From assembly GCA_963700285.1 (NCBI GenBank), contig CAVOXA010000010.1, positions 1,504,001 through 1,568,000 of the forward strand: 64,000 nt of DNA. Reading direction: 5' to 3'. Origin of the DNA: an uncultured Chloroflexia bacterium (GTDB lineage: Bacteria; Chloroflexota; Anaerolineae; JAAYZQ01). The notes under the pieces are model-generated. The model was given only the letters and a program-made list of their open reading frames with translations, made no database searches and was not told the DNA's origin. Below are positions 1 to 9,951 of the stretch, piece by piece. Numbering within the stretch: position 1 is the first letter of the stretch; each line of letters opens with the position of its first letter. The translations under genes and the position numbers were made by a program.

Positions 1-768
1 GAACAAGCCCAGCCAGGCGACCGGCTGCGATTGACCCTCATCTGGTCGGTGGAGGCACAGCCCTGGGACGACTACCAGGTCCGGATACTGGTGACCGACG
101 CGGCGGGCGAGACCCTGGACGCGGGCATCTTTCCCCCGACGGTGGAAGGACATCCCACCAGTGGTTGGCAGGAGGGACAGGCGTGGCGGGGACAGGCGAC
201 CTTCCGGCTGCCGATCCAGGCTCAGCCCGGGGAAGCGGTTTTGAGTATCCAGCTTTTGGGGCCCGGCGAGACCGTGCTCGGCCCGCCGGTGGCGCTGGCG
301 CCCATCGAAGTGCTGGCCACGAGCCGGGCCTTTGGCCAGCCCCAGCCGCAGGTGTCCCAGCCCGCGAACCTGGGCGGCAGAATTGCCCTGGTGGGCGCCG
401 ATCTGGCCCCCAGCCCCGTACAATCCGGCGATGAACTGGCTGTGGTCCTGTACTGGCAGGCACTGACAGAGATGGACGTGCCCTACACCGTATTTGTCCA
501 CCTCCTGGGACCGGATGGCCGGGTGGTGGCCGGGCACGATGGCGAGCCGGTAGGAGGGGCGAGGCCAACCACCGGTTGGGTGCCGGGGGAATACATAACC
601 GATACTCACGAGCTGATCATCCCCGGCGAACTGGACCCGGGCGAGTACGCGATAGAGGTGGGTATGTACGATGCCGGGCTGCCGGCCCTGCCCCGCCTGC
701 CTGTTCTCGGCGACGGGGGGCAAGCCGAGTCCGACCGGGTGATCCTGGGGGTGGTGCAGGTGCGATGA
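1..768 (+). CDS. C-terminal part of a large membrane/secreted protein (repeated beta-sandwich domains typical of Chloroflexota GT39-like proteins), truncated by window edge
   Basis: Frame open from position 1; two repeats of the LxWxA...Y(T/Q)V..(H/L)....G..P.(T/S).W..G(E/Q) pattern, e.g. YTVFVHLL...PTTGWVPGEYITD. Confidence 0.7.
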   Translation, partial: EQAQPGDRLRLTLIWSVEAQPWDDYQVRILVTDAAGETLDAGIFPPTVEGHPTSGWQEGQAWRGQATFRLPIQAQPGEAVLSIQLLGPGETVLGPPVALAPIEVLATSRAFGQPQPQVSQPANLGGRIALVGADLAPSPVQSGDELAVVLYWQALTEMDVPYTVFVHLLGPDGRVVAGHDGEPVGGARPTTGWVPGEYITDTHELIIPGELDPGEYAIEVGMYDAGLPALPRLPVLGDGGQAESDRVILGVVQVR

Positions 769-856
769 TGCCGGCTCAGGCGCCCTTGATTTTTGGCGTG
801 TGGCAGCAACCTGTGTATAATAGGCATCTGCCGGAAGCAGTGGGAGGTCTGGAAAG

Positions 857-1174
857 ATGCCGATTTACTTGTATGAATGTGATTCTTGTGGCGTTCGGTT
901 TGAGCGCTTGCAGCGCATGTCAGACGACGCCGTGACCGAGTGTCCGGAATGTGAAGGGCACGTGCACCGGGTCATCCAGCCGGTGGGGATTATTTTCAAG
1001 GGTTCGGGGTTTTATATCACCGACAACCGCCAGGTTTCTTCGCCTACGCTGACACCGCCCAAAGAACTCGACAAGCCGGCGGAAAAAAAGGCTCTGGACG
1101 CGGGGGAACCCCCAAAAGAGAAAGAGAAAAAGACGGAGAAAGAAAAAGCGGCTCCGAAAAAGCAGGACGATTGA
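857..1174 (+). CDS. FmdB-family zinc-ribbon protein
   Basis: MPIYLYECDSCG...CPEC...IIFKGSGFYITD; GGGAGG RBS; Lys/Glu-rich tail. Confidence 0.9.
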   Translation: MPIYLYECDSCGVRFERLQRMSDDAVTECPECEGHVHRVIQPVGIIFKGSGFYITDNRQVSSPTLTPPKELDKPAEKKALDAGEPPKEKEKKTEKEKAAPKKQDD

Positions 1175-1204
1175 CGCCACCAAGGCCACAAACCTGGCTG
1201 GCTA

Positions 1205-1240
1205 GGGCGGGTCCGGAATACCTGGGCCCGTTTTTGTTTT
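1205..1240 (+). terminator. Intrinsic terminator
   Basis: GCGGGTCCGG-aata-CCTGGGCCCGT hairpin followed by T-rich tract. Confidence 0.55.
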
Positions 1241-1281
1241 CCGGCCAAGGATACCCAAAGCGATGGACGGATGGCCGGGAA

Positions 1282-1584
1282 CTAAATCTGGAAACGACCC
1301 GTGGCCGGAACCACCTTGTACTCAAAGTTGGTCACGTACTCGAGCAGGCGGTCCCGCAGTTCGTCCCATTCTTGGCTGCCCAGAATCTCGCGCATGTTCT
1401 CCACATTGTCGGTGACGCCGGCAGTCATGATCTGCGGTCCTTCGCCGTAGAGCGTGTACCAGGCCTCGGTGGGCTGCCAGCCCATCTTCATCAGCTCCGG
1501 GGCAAAGGTCTTCATGGCAAACTCGAAATAGGTTTGTTCTTTGCCCGGGAGAATATCCCAACTCATCAATAGTTTTACTGACAC
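1282..1584 (-). CDS. Hypothetical protein (100 aa)
   Basis: Clean ORF with GGAGG RBS, directly downstream of the M16 peptidase. Confidence 0.75.
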   Translation of the reverse strand: MSVKLLMSWDILPGKEQTYFEFAMKTFAPELMKMGWQPTEAWYTLYGEGPQIMTAGVTDNVENMREILGSQEWDELRDRLLEYVTNFEYKVVPATGRFQI

Positions 1585-1604
1585 AGGGCTCTAATACCTC
1601 CCAA

Positions 1605-2885
1605 CTAGAGTCTCATTCTATTGCAACCGGCTTGGCCGAGCCGCCGGCCGCCATCGTCAAAGGGCCCAACGATGGCCACGTTGAGGCGTTCAGGCTGGAA
1701 CACGGTCTGGGCCACGCGCTGGATATCGCAGGGCTGGACCGCCTCAAAATGGGCCAGAACCTGAGCGGGATAGAGAACATCGGGACCCAGAAGTTCCTGC
1801 CGGGAAAACCAGGCCGCCGTGGTGAACGAATCCTCCAAGGAGAGGGTCAGCCGGCCTCGGATGAAATCGAGTGCCTTTTGCAGTTCATCCGCGGGCACCG
1901 GGTTCTGTCGCATCTGTTCCAGTTCCTCAAAAATGGCCTGGATGGCCTGCTCCACCCGGGAGGGCGCTACGCCGGCATAGATCCCCACGGCCCCGGTGTC
2001 CAGCAGGGTACTGACAAAAGAGTCGACGCTGTAGGCCAGGCCCAGGCGCTCGCGTACCTGCTGGAACAGGCGGGATCTCATCCCTTCGCCCAGCATCACG
2101 TTGAGCAGGCGCAGCGTGTGCCGGTCGGGATGGCAGCGGGACAGGCCCTCGAAGCTGAGGCAGACGTGCGCCTGTTCCGTATCCTTGAATTCGATGTGAA
2201 CATTGGGGCCACTGTGGTTCGATGGGGCCGGCTCGAAGGAAAAGTCGGGACCGGGTTCCCACTCGCCCAGATGCGCTTGAGCCCAGTCCACCACCATTTG
2301 GTGTTCCACACCGCCGGCGATCCCCAGCACTGTCCTGCTGGGGCGATAGTGATTTTCGAGGTGGGCAAGCAGTGCCGGGCGCCCCAGCCCTGCTACGCTG
2401 TCGCGGGTACCGGCGACGTCGCGTCCCAGAGGATGATCGGGCCACTGGAGCCTGTTCACGGCGATCTGCACGATGCCCTCGGGCGCGTCAAGGGTATAAC
2501 TGATCTCTTCGTAGATGACCGTCCGCTCCTTTTCAATCTCGTCGAGGTCGAATTTGGCGCGCAGGAGCATGTCACTCAGAACGTCCAGCGTTTCGGGCAG
2601 GTGGTGGGCTGCGACCTTGGCCCAATAGAGTGTCGCCTCCAGGCCGGTGCTGGCGTTAAAGATGCCGCCCTTGCCCTCGATGGCCTCGGCAATCTCCAGG
2701 GCGGTGGGCCTGTGGGCCGTGCCTTTGAAGAGCATGTGCTCGATAAAGTGGGAAGCCCCGGCCAGCGCCTCGTCCTCGTAGCGCGAGCCCACGCCCACAA
2801 AAAAGCCAAGGCTTGCCGAATGGACGTGGGGCATTGTCACAGTCAAGATGCGGAGACCGTTGTCCAGCGTCGTGAGTTCATACAT
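1605..2885 (-). CDS. M16 (pitrilysin-family) zinc peptidase
   Basis: Inverted Zn motif HFIEHMLFKGT; NAST; SRLFQQVRERLGLAYSV; start set at MYELTTLDNG. Confidence 0.95.
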   Translation of the reverse strand: MYELTTLDNGLRILTVTMPHVHSASLGFFVGVGSRYEDEALAGASHFIEHMLFKGTAHRPTALEIAEAIEGKGGIFNASTGLEATLYWAKVAAHHLPETLDVLSDMLLRAKFDLDEIEKERTVIYEEISYTLDAPEGIVQIAVNRLQWPDHPLGRDVAGTRDSVAGLGRPALLAHLENHYRPSRTVLGIAGGVEHQMVVDWAQAHLGEWEPGPDFSFEPAPSNHSGPNVHIEFKDTEQAHVCLSFEGLSRCHPDRHTLRLLNVMLGEGMRSRLFQQVRERLGLAYSVDSFVSTLLDTGAVGIYAGVAPSRVEQAIQAIFEELEQMRQNPVPADELQKALDFIRGRLTLSLEDSFTTAAWFSRQELLGPDVLYPAQVLAHFEAVQPCDIQRVAQTVFQPERLNVAIVGPFDDGGRRLGQAGCNRMRL

Positions 2886-2886
2886 G

Positions 2887-3549
2887 TCAGGGGCCTTTGA
2901 GTTGTTGTAGGTATTGAGTGGCCAAGTCGGTGGCGGTCGGGTCTGCTCCAGTATCCAGTTCCCGAAACCGCTCGATGGCCTGGATTGCTTCATCGGTTTT
3001 GCCGCTCTGCGCGTAAACGACACCCAATCCGAAATAGGCTTCGGCCAGCTCAGGGTTGAGTTCAACCGCGACCAGGTACTCTTGCAGCGCCTCGTCGAGT
3101 TGACCCAATTGCACGTGCGCAGCGGCGAGATTGGAGTGGATGTCGGCGTCTTCTGGTTCCAGTTCTATCGCTTTCTGATACTGTGCGATGGCTTCGTCCA
3201 GACGGCCGAGCTGGTAATAGGCAACACCCAGGTTGATCCTGGCCGAGATGAATTCCGCGTCCTCGTCCAGCGCCGCTTCAAATTCCACAGCGGCCTGCTC
3301 GAACTGCTGGGTCTTGGCGAGTTCGTTGCCCTTTTCAAAGTGTTCCTGGGCCGCTGTCGAGTTGGCGCAAGCACTCAGGGCCAGCGCCAAAACCACAATC
3401 ACGGGGAAGAGAGCCCTTGTTGGTTGGGTACGTATCACGGTCCATATCTCCTGCCGGCCACCTGTGCTCCCTGGCTCAGGAACCATATCCTGGGTTTTTA
3501 CTCCGTGATCTTTTGATTTCTGGCTGTTCAATCTATTGCCACGCAACAC
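2887..3549 (-). CDS. TPR-repeat lipoprotein (start uncertain, probably downstream of 3549)
   Basis: LALSAC lipobox; repeats NLGVAYYQLGRLDEAIAQYQKAIELEP. Confidence 0.85.
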   Translation of the reverse strand: MLRGNRLNSQKSKDHGVKTQDMVPEPGSTGGRQEIWTVIRTQPTRALFPVIVVLALALSACANSTAAQEHFEKGNELAKTQQFEQAAVEFEAALDEDAEFISARINLGVAYYQLGRLDEAIAQYQKAIELEPEDADIHSNLAAAHVQLGQLDEALQEYLVAVELNPELAEAYFGLGVVYAQSGKTDEAIQAIERFRELDTGADPTATDLATQYLQQLKGP

Positions 3550-3648
3550 AGTGTACCCCAGCTATGTTACAGGCTGAGTTACAGATCAACCGAATCGCCC
3601 ATGGCAAGATAGGGGGATTCTCTTTGGTTTCAGGCATCGCGAACCGGT

Positions 3649-5112
3649 CTAGACGATGCGGAACGAGTCTACCAGAGAACACCGCCGTACCCGGGTAAAG
3701 TCGATGGCGCTGGTCACACCCTCGCCGGTAGGGCTGGCAATGGAAAAGGAGGTAAAGCCCTCACCACCAAAGCCCAACCCAGCCAAACTGGGGCCGTTCT
3801 TGACAAAAATACTGGTATTGATCTCCCGCGACATGCGGCTTAACACATCCAGGTTTTTGGAGTGGATCATTGCCGTGTGCCCCATGCCCTGTTCCACCGC
3901 CTTGGCCAGGTCGATGGCCTGGGCGGCGCTGCGCACCCGCACCAGAGGCATGACCGGCATGAGCTGTTCGGTCCAGACCAGGGGATGCTGCGCATCCGTC
4001 TCGGCCACAACCAGCCGCACGCTTTCCTCGACGTCGACGCCGATTTCGCGCAGGATCAATCTGGGCGACTTGCCTACAAAAGCCTTGTTCACAATGCCAT
4101 GCTTGCCAGGGCCATGATCCTCCGCCAGAATGACCTTCATCAAGCGGTCCAGTTGCTGCCGGGTGATCTCTACCGCCCCGCGCTGAAGCATAATGGCTTT
4201 TAGCTGGCTGGCGATGGCGTCAACAGCGATGATCTCTTTTTCCAGGATGCAGACCACGTTGTTGTCAAAGGAGGCCCCCTTGACAATGTCCCGTGCTGCC
4301 TGTTCCAGATCCGCGGTTTCGTCCACCACGACGGGGGGGTTGCCTGGCCCGGCACAGATCGCTTTCTTTCCGGAACTCATGGCCTCGCGCACCACACCGG
4401 GTCCGCCGGTCACAACGAGCAAGCGGATGGTGGGGTGTTGCATCAGATACTGGGCGCTTTCGATGGTGGGTTCTGTCGGGCAGGTAATCAGGTTAGGCGG
4501 TCCGCCTGCCCGCTTGACAGCCTGGTTGAGTATCTGTACCGTCAAAGCGGAACACTGTTTGGCGCCTGGGTGAGCGTTGAATACGACGGCATTGCCGGCG
4601 GCCAGCATGCCAATGGCGTTGCAGATGATGGTGGAGGTCGGATTGGTACTGGGCGTGATGGCGCCGATGACGCCGTAGGGCGCCCGTTCCACCAGCGTCA
4701 AACCCCGGTCGCCGGTCCAGGCGCTCGCCTGCAGCGCTTCCGCACCCGGCGTACGTTCGGCCACCAGGAGGTTCTTCTCGACCTTGTCCTCCTGACGGCC
4801 CATGCCTGTTTCCTGCCAGGCAGACCTGGCCAGGACCTGGGCGTTCTCCACAACCGCCTGGCGCATCGCATCAATGATGGCCGCTCGCCGTTTCATCGGA
4901 ATGTCGGCCAGCCGCTGCTGGGCCGCAGACGCAGCAGCAATGGCCGCATTGATGTCGGGGTAGACGCCTTCCTGGCCCCCGACCGGCATCACCGGTGGAT
5001 CTGTGGGCTGCACCGCGGCCGGAGGTGGCTGGTCAGTACCGGCTCCTCTCAGGCCGGCCACGACCTGTTGTACGATTTCAGCGATGCGCCGTTCGTCAAG
5101 AGAAAGCGTCAT
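3649..5112 (-). CDS. eutE: BMC-associated acylating aldehyde dehydrogenase (EutE/PduP family) with N-terminal encapsulation peptide
   Basis: PYGVIGAITPSTNP, VTGGPGVV, AGPGNPP, SFDNNVVCILEK; N-terminal helix IAEIVQQVVAGL. Confidence 0.93.
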   Translation of the reverse strand: MTLSLDERRIAEIVQQVVAGLRGAGTDQPPPAAVQPTDPPVMPVGGQEGVYPDINAAIAAASAAQQRLADIPMKRRAAIIDAMRQAVVENAQVLARSAWQETGMGRQEDKVEKNLLVAERTPGAEALQASAWTGDRGLTLVERAPYGVIGAITPSTNPTSTIICNAIGMLAAGNAVVFNAHPGAKQCSALTVQILNQAVKRAGGPPNLITCPTEPTIESAQYLMQHPTIRLLVVTGGPGVVREAMSSGKKAICAGPGNPPVVVDETADLEQAARDIVKGASFDNNVVCILEKEIIAVDAIASQLKAIMLQRGAVEITRQQLDRLMKVILAEDHGPGKHGIVNKAFVGKSPRLILREIGVDVEESVRLVVAETDAQHPLVWTEQLMPVMPLVRVRSAAQAIDLAKAVEQGMGHTAMIHSKNLDVLSRMSREINTSIFVKNGPSLAGLGFGGEGFTSFSIASPTGEGVTSAIDFTRVRRCSLVDSFRIV

Positions 5113-5405
5113 GCGTCTCCAAACTCGTACTTGACCTGACCGTCGACTTCCCAGGTATCCACCACGGCCATGAGCACCGCGTCGCAGGGTTTCTTGTCGG
5201 TCAGTGTAGTCTGCCGGGCCGACGAGCCGGTGGCATACATCACCACGTCACCGATGCCGGCCTGTACTGCGTCGGCGGCGATAATGTAATCGCCAGTCTC
5301 TTTATTTTCGATATCCAAGCGCTTGACCACGAGGAACTTGAAGCCTTCGAGCTTCTCGTCCTTTTGCGTGGCCACCACCGTACCTACTACTTTACCCAGA
5401 AGCAT
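5109..5405 (-). CDS. BMC pentamer/vertex protein (BMC-P, EutN/CcmL family)
   Basis: MLLGKVVGTVVATQKDEKLEG...AADAVQAGIGDVV...GSSAR...CDAVLMAVVD. Confidence 0.95.
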   Translation of the reverse strand: MLLGKVVGTVVATQKDEKLEGFKFLVVKRLDIENKETGDYIIAADAVQAGIGDVVMYATGSSARQTTLTDKKPCDAVLMAVVDTWEVDGQVKYEFGDA

Positions 5406-5445
5406 CGTTCGATCTCTCCAATCCTTTCGAGGGTGCGAACGCTGT

Positions 5446-6135
5446 TCACAGAGACTCTGAAAAGGCCTGTACCCGCTGCCGGGCATTCTCCACCAGCGGC
5501 GGGCCGTGGCCGAAGCAGCACACCTCAAAGTCGAGGGCAGCGATCCGGCGAATGGAATCGTGGGCCTTGGCCATGTCGGGGGTAAACATTGGTGGCGGCG
5601 CCCCCAGCCGGCCCTTCCGGTGATTGATCGCGTCCCCGACGATGGCAATCCCGCGTTCTTTTTGATAGAAGCAGACGCTTCCCGCCGTGTGCCCTGGAAC
5701 GTGTACGACCTGCCAGCCCCCCAGGTCGTCGCCATCGTCCACTCGATGGTCCACCTGTACCGGCGTGTACCGCAAGAGCCGGCGGATAACCCAGTTGACC
5801 AGACGCTGGTATGAGCTGGCCAGCGGCAGTGGTCCCAATTCCCGGTCTGCCTGTCCATCTACCAGAGGCGCATCAGCCCGGTGGACAAACACCCTGGCCC
5901 CAGAGCCGGCCTTGAGGGCAGCCAAACTGCCCATGTGGTCGATGTCGCCGTGGGTCAGCCAGATCTCGCCCACGGCCTGCGGCGGATAGCCCATCGAATC
6001 CAGATGGCGCCACACGGCTCCCGCGCGGCCCGGCGTGGCGGCGTCAATGAGTACCACGCGCTCCGCCTCAAACAGGACGTAGATCTTGGTGTCCCAGATG
6101 CTCTCCACCCAGTGGAGGCCTGGCACAACCTCCAT
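5446..6135 (-). CDS. Metallo-beta-lactamase-fold hydrolase
   Basis: THGDIDHMGS, PGHTAGS, GDA, FGHG motifs. Confidence 0.9.
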   Translation of the reverse strand: MEVVPGLHWVESIWDTKIYVLFEAERVVLIDAATPGRAGAVWRHLDSMGYPPQAVGEIWLTHGDIDHMGSLAALKAGSGARVFVHRADAPLVDGQADRELGPLPLASSYQRLVNWVIRRLLRYTPVQVDHRVDDGDDLGGWQVVHVPGHTAGSVCFYQKERGIAIVGDAINHRKGRLGAPPPMFTPDMAKAHDSIRRIAALDFEVCCFGHGPPLVENARQRVQAFSESL

Positions 6136-6137
6136 TG

Positions 6138-6272
6138 TTAATCCTCCGGCCCGGCCTCCCTGCGCTTGCCCTGTGACTGCACGAGCCTTTGGCGATATAG
6201 GTCTGTGGCATAGTTGACCATCACCAGCACGTCCAGGGGATCGCCGTCGTCATAGTGGGTCTGTGGGATCAA
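6138..6272 (-). pseudogene. 44-aa ORF or remnant carrying a family I inorganic pyrophosphatase signature
   Basis: Manual translation (TTG start) IPQTHYDDGDPLDVLVMVNYATDLYRQRLVQSQGKRREAGPED*; AGGAG upstream; below the ORF-track cutoff. Confidence 0.6.
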
Positions 6273-6320
6273 ACTCTCCTGACCCCACGTCAGGCCCGGG
6301 CGGCAGCTCGTACAACAAGT

Positions 6321-6638
6321 TCATCCTGGGCCTACTCTCCCGGCTTCTTGCAGCACCTGCTCGCGACGTCCCAGGGGCAGTACCAGGTCGATATTGACGT
6401 GCGGCCTGGGGATGACGTGCACCGACACCACCTCACCAACCTTCTCTGCGCCGCGCACGCCGGCTTCTACCGCGGCCTTGCAAGCCGCCACGTCGCCCCG
6501 GACGATGGCAGTCGTGTAGCCGCCGCCGGTCTTTTCATAGCCTACCAGTTCAACCCTGGCGGCTTTGACCATGGCGTCGGCGGCCTCGACTACGGCGGCA
6601 AACCCCCGCGTTTCAATCATGCCCAATGCTTCTGCCAT
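6321..6638 (-). CDS. BMC hexamer shell protein (BMC-H, EutM/PduA-like)
   Basis: [37 protein letters not shown]. Confidence 0.97.
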   Translation of the reverse strand: MAEALGMIETRGFAAVVEAADAMVKAARVELVGYEKTGGGYTTAIVRGDVAACKAAVEAGVRGAEKVGEVVSVHVIPRPHVNIDLVLPLGRREQVLQEAGRVGPG

Positions 6639-6717
6639 TTGTACCTAGCCTCCTTGCATGTTAGCTCTCTGCCGCGACCCGTACCGTACAGGTCTAGCCT
6701 GCGACGTGCGGCAAGTT

Positions 6718-7356
6718 TTAGTCTTTCCGTCCCGGCTCTACCACCCGGCCTGTGATGTCCTCGATAGATTGCACTGCCGCAGCATAGCCGGCCATGATAT
6801 CACGCTCTTCACCGCCCAGGTAAACGCGCCCAAAGCTGCCAAAGGGCCGTACCTCGACGATATTGATCTCGGCCGCTTTTTCGGCTTCGTTGGCCGCCAG
6901 CACGGCATAGGCCGCCGGTGCGACCTCCATGACATAAAGTGTTTGCTCGGCAATCAGCATCATACCGTTCCGGTTGCGATTGATCAACTGCGTCTGGTGG
7001 GCGTCTACCCGGCGGATGATCTGGCTGGAGTGGATCTTGGGCTTCCAGCGCTCTTCTGCGCGGACCCCGAGGGCTTCGAGGATGGCTTCTCCAGAGGCGC
7101 GAACCTCGGCCTGGTCGGCAGAGTGGACCTCCAATAGGCCAAAGAGCCGCTCGACCACCTGCAGGGCAGGTCGTACTTTGGTGGATTTGAGTGCCACATC
7201 GGTAATGCGGTTGATCTCGATGCCAGGCGAGATCTCGACCCAAAGCGAGGCGTCGCCCGCCAGAGGCAGGAATCCCCTCGCGGTAGAACCAATAAAGGCC
7301 GCCATCTGTGGCTGCAAGCTGTCCAGAAACACGTACGAACGCAGGTCTATGCTCAA
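6718..7356 (-). CDS. BMC tandem-domain shell protein (BMC-T, CcmP/CsoS1D-like)
   Basis: [45 protein letters not shown]. Confidence 0.92.
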   Translation of the reverse strand: MSIDLRSYVFLDSLQPQMAAFIGSTARGFLPLAGDASLWVEISPGIEINRITDVALKSTKVRPALQVVERLFGLLEVHSADQAEVRASGEAILEALGVRAEERWKPKIHSSQIIRRVDAHQTQLINRNRNGMMLIAEQTLYVMEVAPAAYAVLAANEAEKAAEINIVEVRPFGSFGRVYLGGEERDIMAGYAAAVQSIEDITGRVVEPGRKD

Positions 7357-7399
7357 AACGCTTCACCTCCCACGCATTGGCTGCGATGCCAAGGCGGAA

Positions 7400-8302
7400 C
7401 TAGTTGCTGCGCGAACCCCGAACGCGAGCGGCCTGTGCCTGCTCCAGGATCTTGATCCCAGCGCTGGCTCCGATGCGCGTGGCCCCCGCGGAAACCATCT
7501 CCCTGGCGGCCTCATAGCTACCGATGCCACCGGCTGCCTTGACTCCCAGGTCTGGCCCCACGGCACGGCGCATCAGGGCCACGTCCTGGACGGTGGCCCC
7601 GCCCGGTCCAAAGCCGGTACTGGTTTTCACATAGTCAGCGCCGGCTGCTTTGGCCAACTGGCACACGATCACCTTTTCCTCGTCGGTGAGCAGCGCGGCT
7701 TCGATAATGACTTTTAGGACAGCTCCTCCAGCGTGACAGGAACGGGCCACGGTTGCGATATCCCGTTCAACCAAGGTATAGTCCTTCGACTTTAGGGCGC
7801 CGACATTGGCGACCATGTCTACCTCGGTGGCGCCATCATCGATGGCCTGCTGTGCCTCGTAGGCCTTGACCTCTGGGGGTGTAGCTCCCAGCGGAAAGCC
7901 AACAACCGTGCAAACGTGCACGTCCGTCCCCTGCAGCAACTGGGTACACAGCTTGACGTGTGTTGGGTTGACGCACACTGCGGCAAACCCGTACTTGCGT
8001 GCCTCGTAGCAGAGCTGGGCGATCTGGTCCTGGGATGCATCCGGCTTGAGGAGGGTATGGTCGATCATCTTGGCGATGCTGGGTCCAATGTCAACGCTTC
8101 CCAGGGTCGAAGTCAGGCGCGAAGCACCCGCGTCCACCACCTGCTTTACCTTTTCCTCGCACTGCAGGACGCACTGGCCGATACAGTCGGGACAGCCGTC
8201 AGAGTCATCCTGGACACGCGCCTCTTCCTCGGCAAGCAGGATGAGCACCTCTTTTGTGATCTGTTCTACCAATCGCTCGACGGTTGATGGATCGAGTTTC
8301 AC
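7400..8302 (-). CDS. deoC: Deoxyribose-phosphate aldolase with N-terminal encapsulation peptide and Cys-rich linker
   Basis: [34 protein letters not shown]; GTG start at 8302. Confidence 0.95.
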   Translation of the reverse strand: MKLDPSTVERLVEQITKEVLILLAEEEARVQDDSDGCPDCIGQCVLQCEEKVKQVVDAGASRLTSTLGSVDIGPSIAKMIDHTLLKPDASQDQIAQLCYEARKYGFAAVCVNPTHVKLCTQLLQGTDVHVCTVVGFPLGATPPEVKAYEAQQAIDDGATEVDMVANVGALKSKDYTLVERDIATVARSCHAGGAVLKVIIEAALLTDEEKVIVCQLAKAAGADYVKTSTGFGPGGATVQDVALMRRAVGPDLGVKAAGGIGSYEAAREMVSAGATRIGASAGIKILEQAQAARVRGSRSN

Positions 8303-8315
8303 CTGAACAAACCTC

Positions 8316-9122
8316 TCACTTGCGCAGGAATCGCCGTTCGATGCCCATGATCTTGTCCACCCGGCGGGCATGGCGATCACCACCAAAATCGGTTTCGAGC
8401 CACGTTCTGACGATCTGGCGGGCCAGGCTGCGACCCAGCAGCACTCCGCCCAAGGTCAGGACATTGGCGTCGTTGTGCTCGCGCGAATTGATGGCCGTGG
8501 CATGGTCATAGCACATCGCCGCTCGTACCCCCGGTACTTTGTTGGCAGCCATACACGAGCCGATGCCCGCCCCGTCCACCATGATCCCCCGCCAGACACG
8601 ACCCTCAGCAACCAACCTGGCCACGGCGTAGGCAAAATCGGGATAGTCCACGGAATCTGTGTTGTAGGTGCCGCAATCTACCACCTCGTAACCTAGCTCG
8701 CCCAGATAAGCTGCGAGGTCTTTTTTCATTTCGTAGCCGCCATGATCAGCCCCCAGCGCTACCGTACGGTCTGTACTTGGGGTCGGGATCGACCGTGGCT
8801 GGACCTGAGCCATACCAGATGCCACAGAACCGGGCTCCTGTACCAGGTCTATCCGGCGTTCCAGCGCGATGTCCCGGGCCAGGGGTGTTACCAGAGCTTG
8901 TGGGGGTACAGAGAGTTGTCCACCCACGGGTACTTTTCGAACATCATCTTCGGTCACAGAGAAGCTCTTGGGCAGGTCCCTGGCAATTGCCCCACGCGAA
9001 GGCAGCCTAGTCGATGTCTGATCGATGGCTGGACTGCTGGTAACTCCGTTGGGGCCCAGAGTCCGCATAAGGACCTTGCGCACGATGGCCCTGACTTGCT
9101 CTTCTGAATGGCTGGTCGTCAA
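8316..9122 (-). CDS. rpiB: Ribose-5-phosphate isomerase B with N-terminal extension
   Basis: [49 protein letters not shown]. Confidence 0.95.
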   Translation of the reverse strand: MTTSHSEEQVRAIVRKVLMRTLGPNGVTSSPAIDQTSTRLPSRGAIARDLPKSFSVTEDDVRKVPVGGQLSVPPQALVTPLARDIALERRIDLVQEPGSVASGMAQVQPRSIPTPSTDRTVALGADHGGYEMKKDLAAYLGELGYEVVDCGTYNTDSVDYPDFAYAVARLVAEGRVWRGIMVDGAGIGSCMAANKVPGVRAAMCYDHATAINSREHNDANVLTLGGVLLGRSLARQIVRTWLETDFGGDRHARRVDKIMGIERRFLRK

Positions 9123-9679
9123 GGCTCACTTCCATAGTTCTCGTGGGGGATCGCCCCCCACAATCTCGGCGGCCAGTAGGAGACCCAAGCTTTGCCGATA
9201 ATTCCGTCACGGGGCATCGTCCCCCAATTGTGCGAATCGCTCGAGTTGTTCCTATTGTCACCCAGGACAAAATACTCGTCCTCTGGGATCAAGAGAGAAG
9301 ATTGGGAGTAGCGACCGTTTGTGGCAATGTAACCTTCATCCAAACGCCGATCGTTGATGAGTACCTGGCCATCCTGAATCTCCAACACTTCACCCGGCAG
9401 GCCAACTATGCGTTTGATGAGCTTGCGCTCGTCAGTTCGAGGGTCGCGAAAAACGACAATGTCCCCGCGTTCTGGGTCGCTCAGGCGGTAGCCCATTTTG
9501 TTCACTACCAGAAACTGGTCGTTTTCCAAGGTAGGATCCATGCTGTGGCCCAAGACCCGATAGTTCTCAAATAGTAGTGTGCGGATCAGAACATAGATCA
9601 ACAGTGTGAAGACGATCGTCTCAACGAGTTCGCGGACAATCGATTTTGTCTGAGATCGGGTCTGCTCCTCAGCTTGCAT
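9119..9679 (-). CDS. lepB: Signal peptidase I
   Basis: SMDPTL, RGDIVVF, IKRIVGLPGE, GDNRNNSSDS. Confidence 0.95.
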   Translation of the reverse strand: MQAEEQTRSQTKSIVRELVETIVFTLLIYVLIRTLLFENYRVLGHSMDPTLENDQFLVVNKMGYRLSDPERGDIVVFRDPRTDERKLIKRIVGLPGEVLEIQDGQVLINDRRLDEGYIATNGRYSQSSLLIPEDEYFVLGDNRNNSSDSHNWGTMPRDGIIGKAWVSYWPPRLWGAIPHENYGSEP

Positions 9680-9951
9680 CCGTTTCCCTTTGCCGCCCAG
9701 CCCCGGTTCTGCAACCTGTCGGATCGTGCTCGGATGGCCAGCACGATCTTGCTTGGCATTATAACCCAACTCGTACGGCATGGCAAGCCGACTGTCAAGC
9801 CATGTGGCGAGACGTGCCAGAACCAAGCAGCTGCCAGCCTGTATGGAATTTTGACAAATCACGAACCATCATGTATAGTGAGTGGGCCGGGGGAGACTGG
9901 CCTCGCCAGTTCTCCAGCACAGTGCATAATCTCTGACGAGGAGGCGCATCT

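Noticed and set aside
1632-2900. Long antisense ORFs (also 3656-5139, 32828-33796, 53235-55586 and others)
   Set aside because: Shadow frames of GC-rich genes with no recognisable motifs.
2886-3065. N-terminal extension of the M16 peptidase in the ORF track
   Set aside because: Overlaps the TPR gene; family similarity begins at MYELTTLDNG.
5406-5858. Apparent 150-aa extension on BMC-P
   Set aside because: Alternative frame of the MBL gene; the real start has its own GGAG RBS near 5405.
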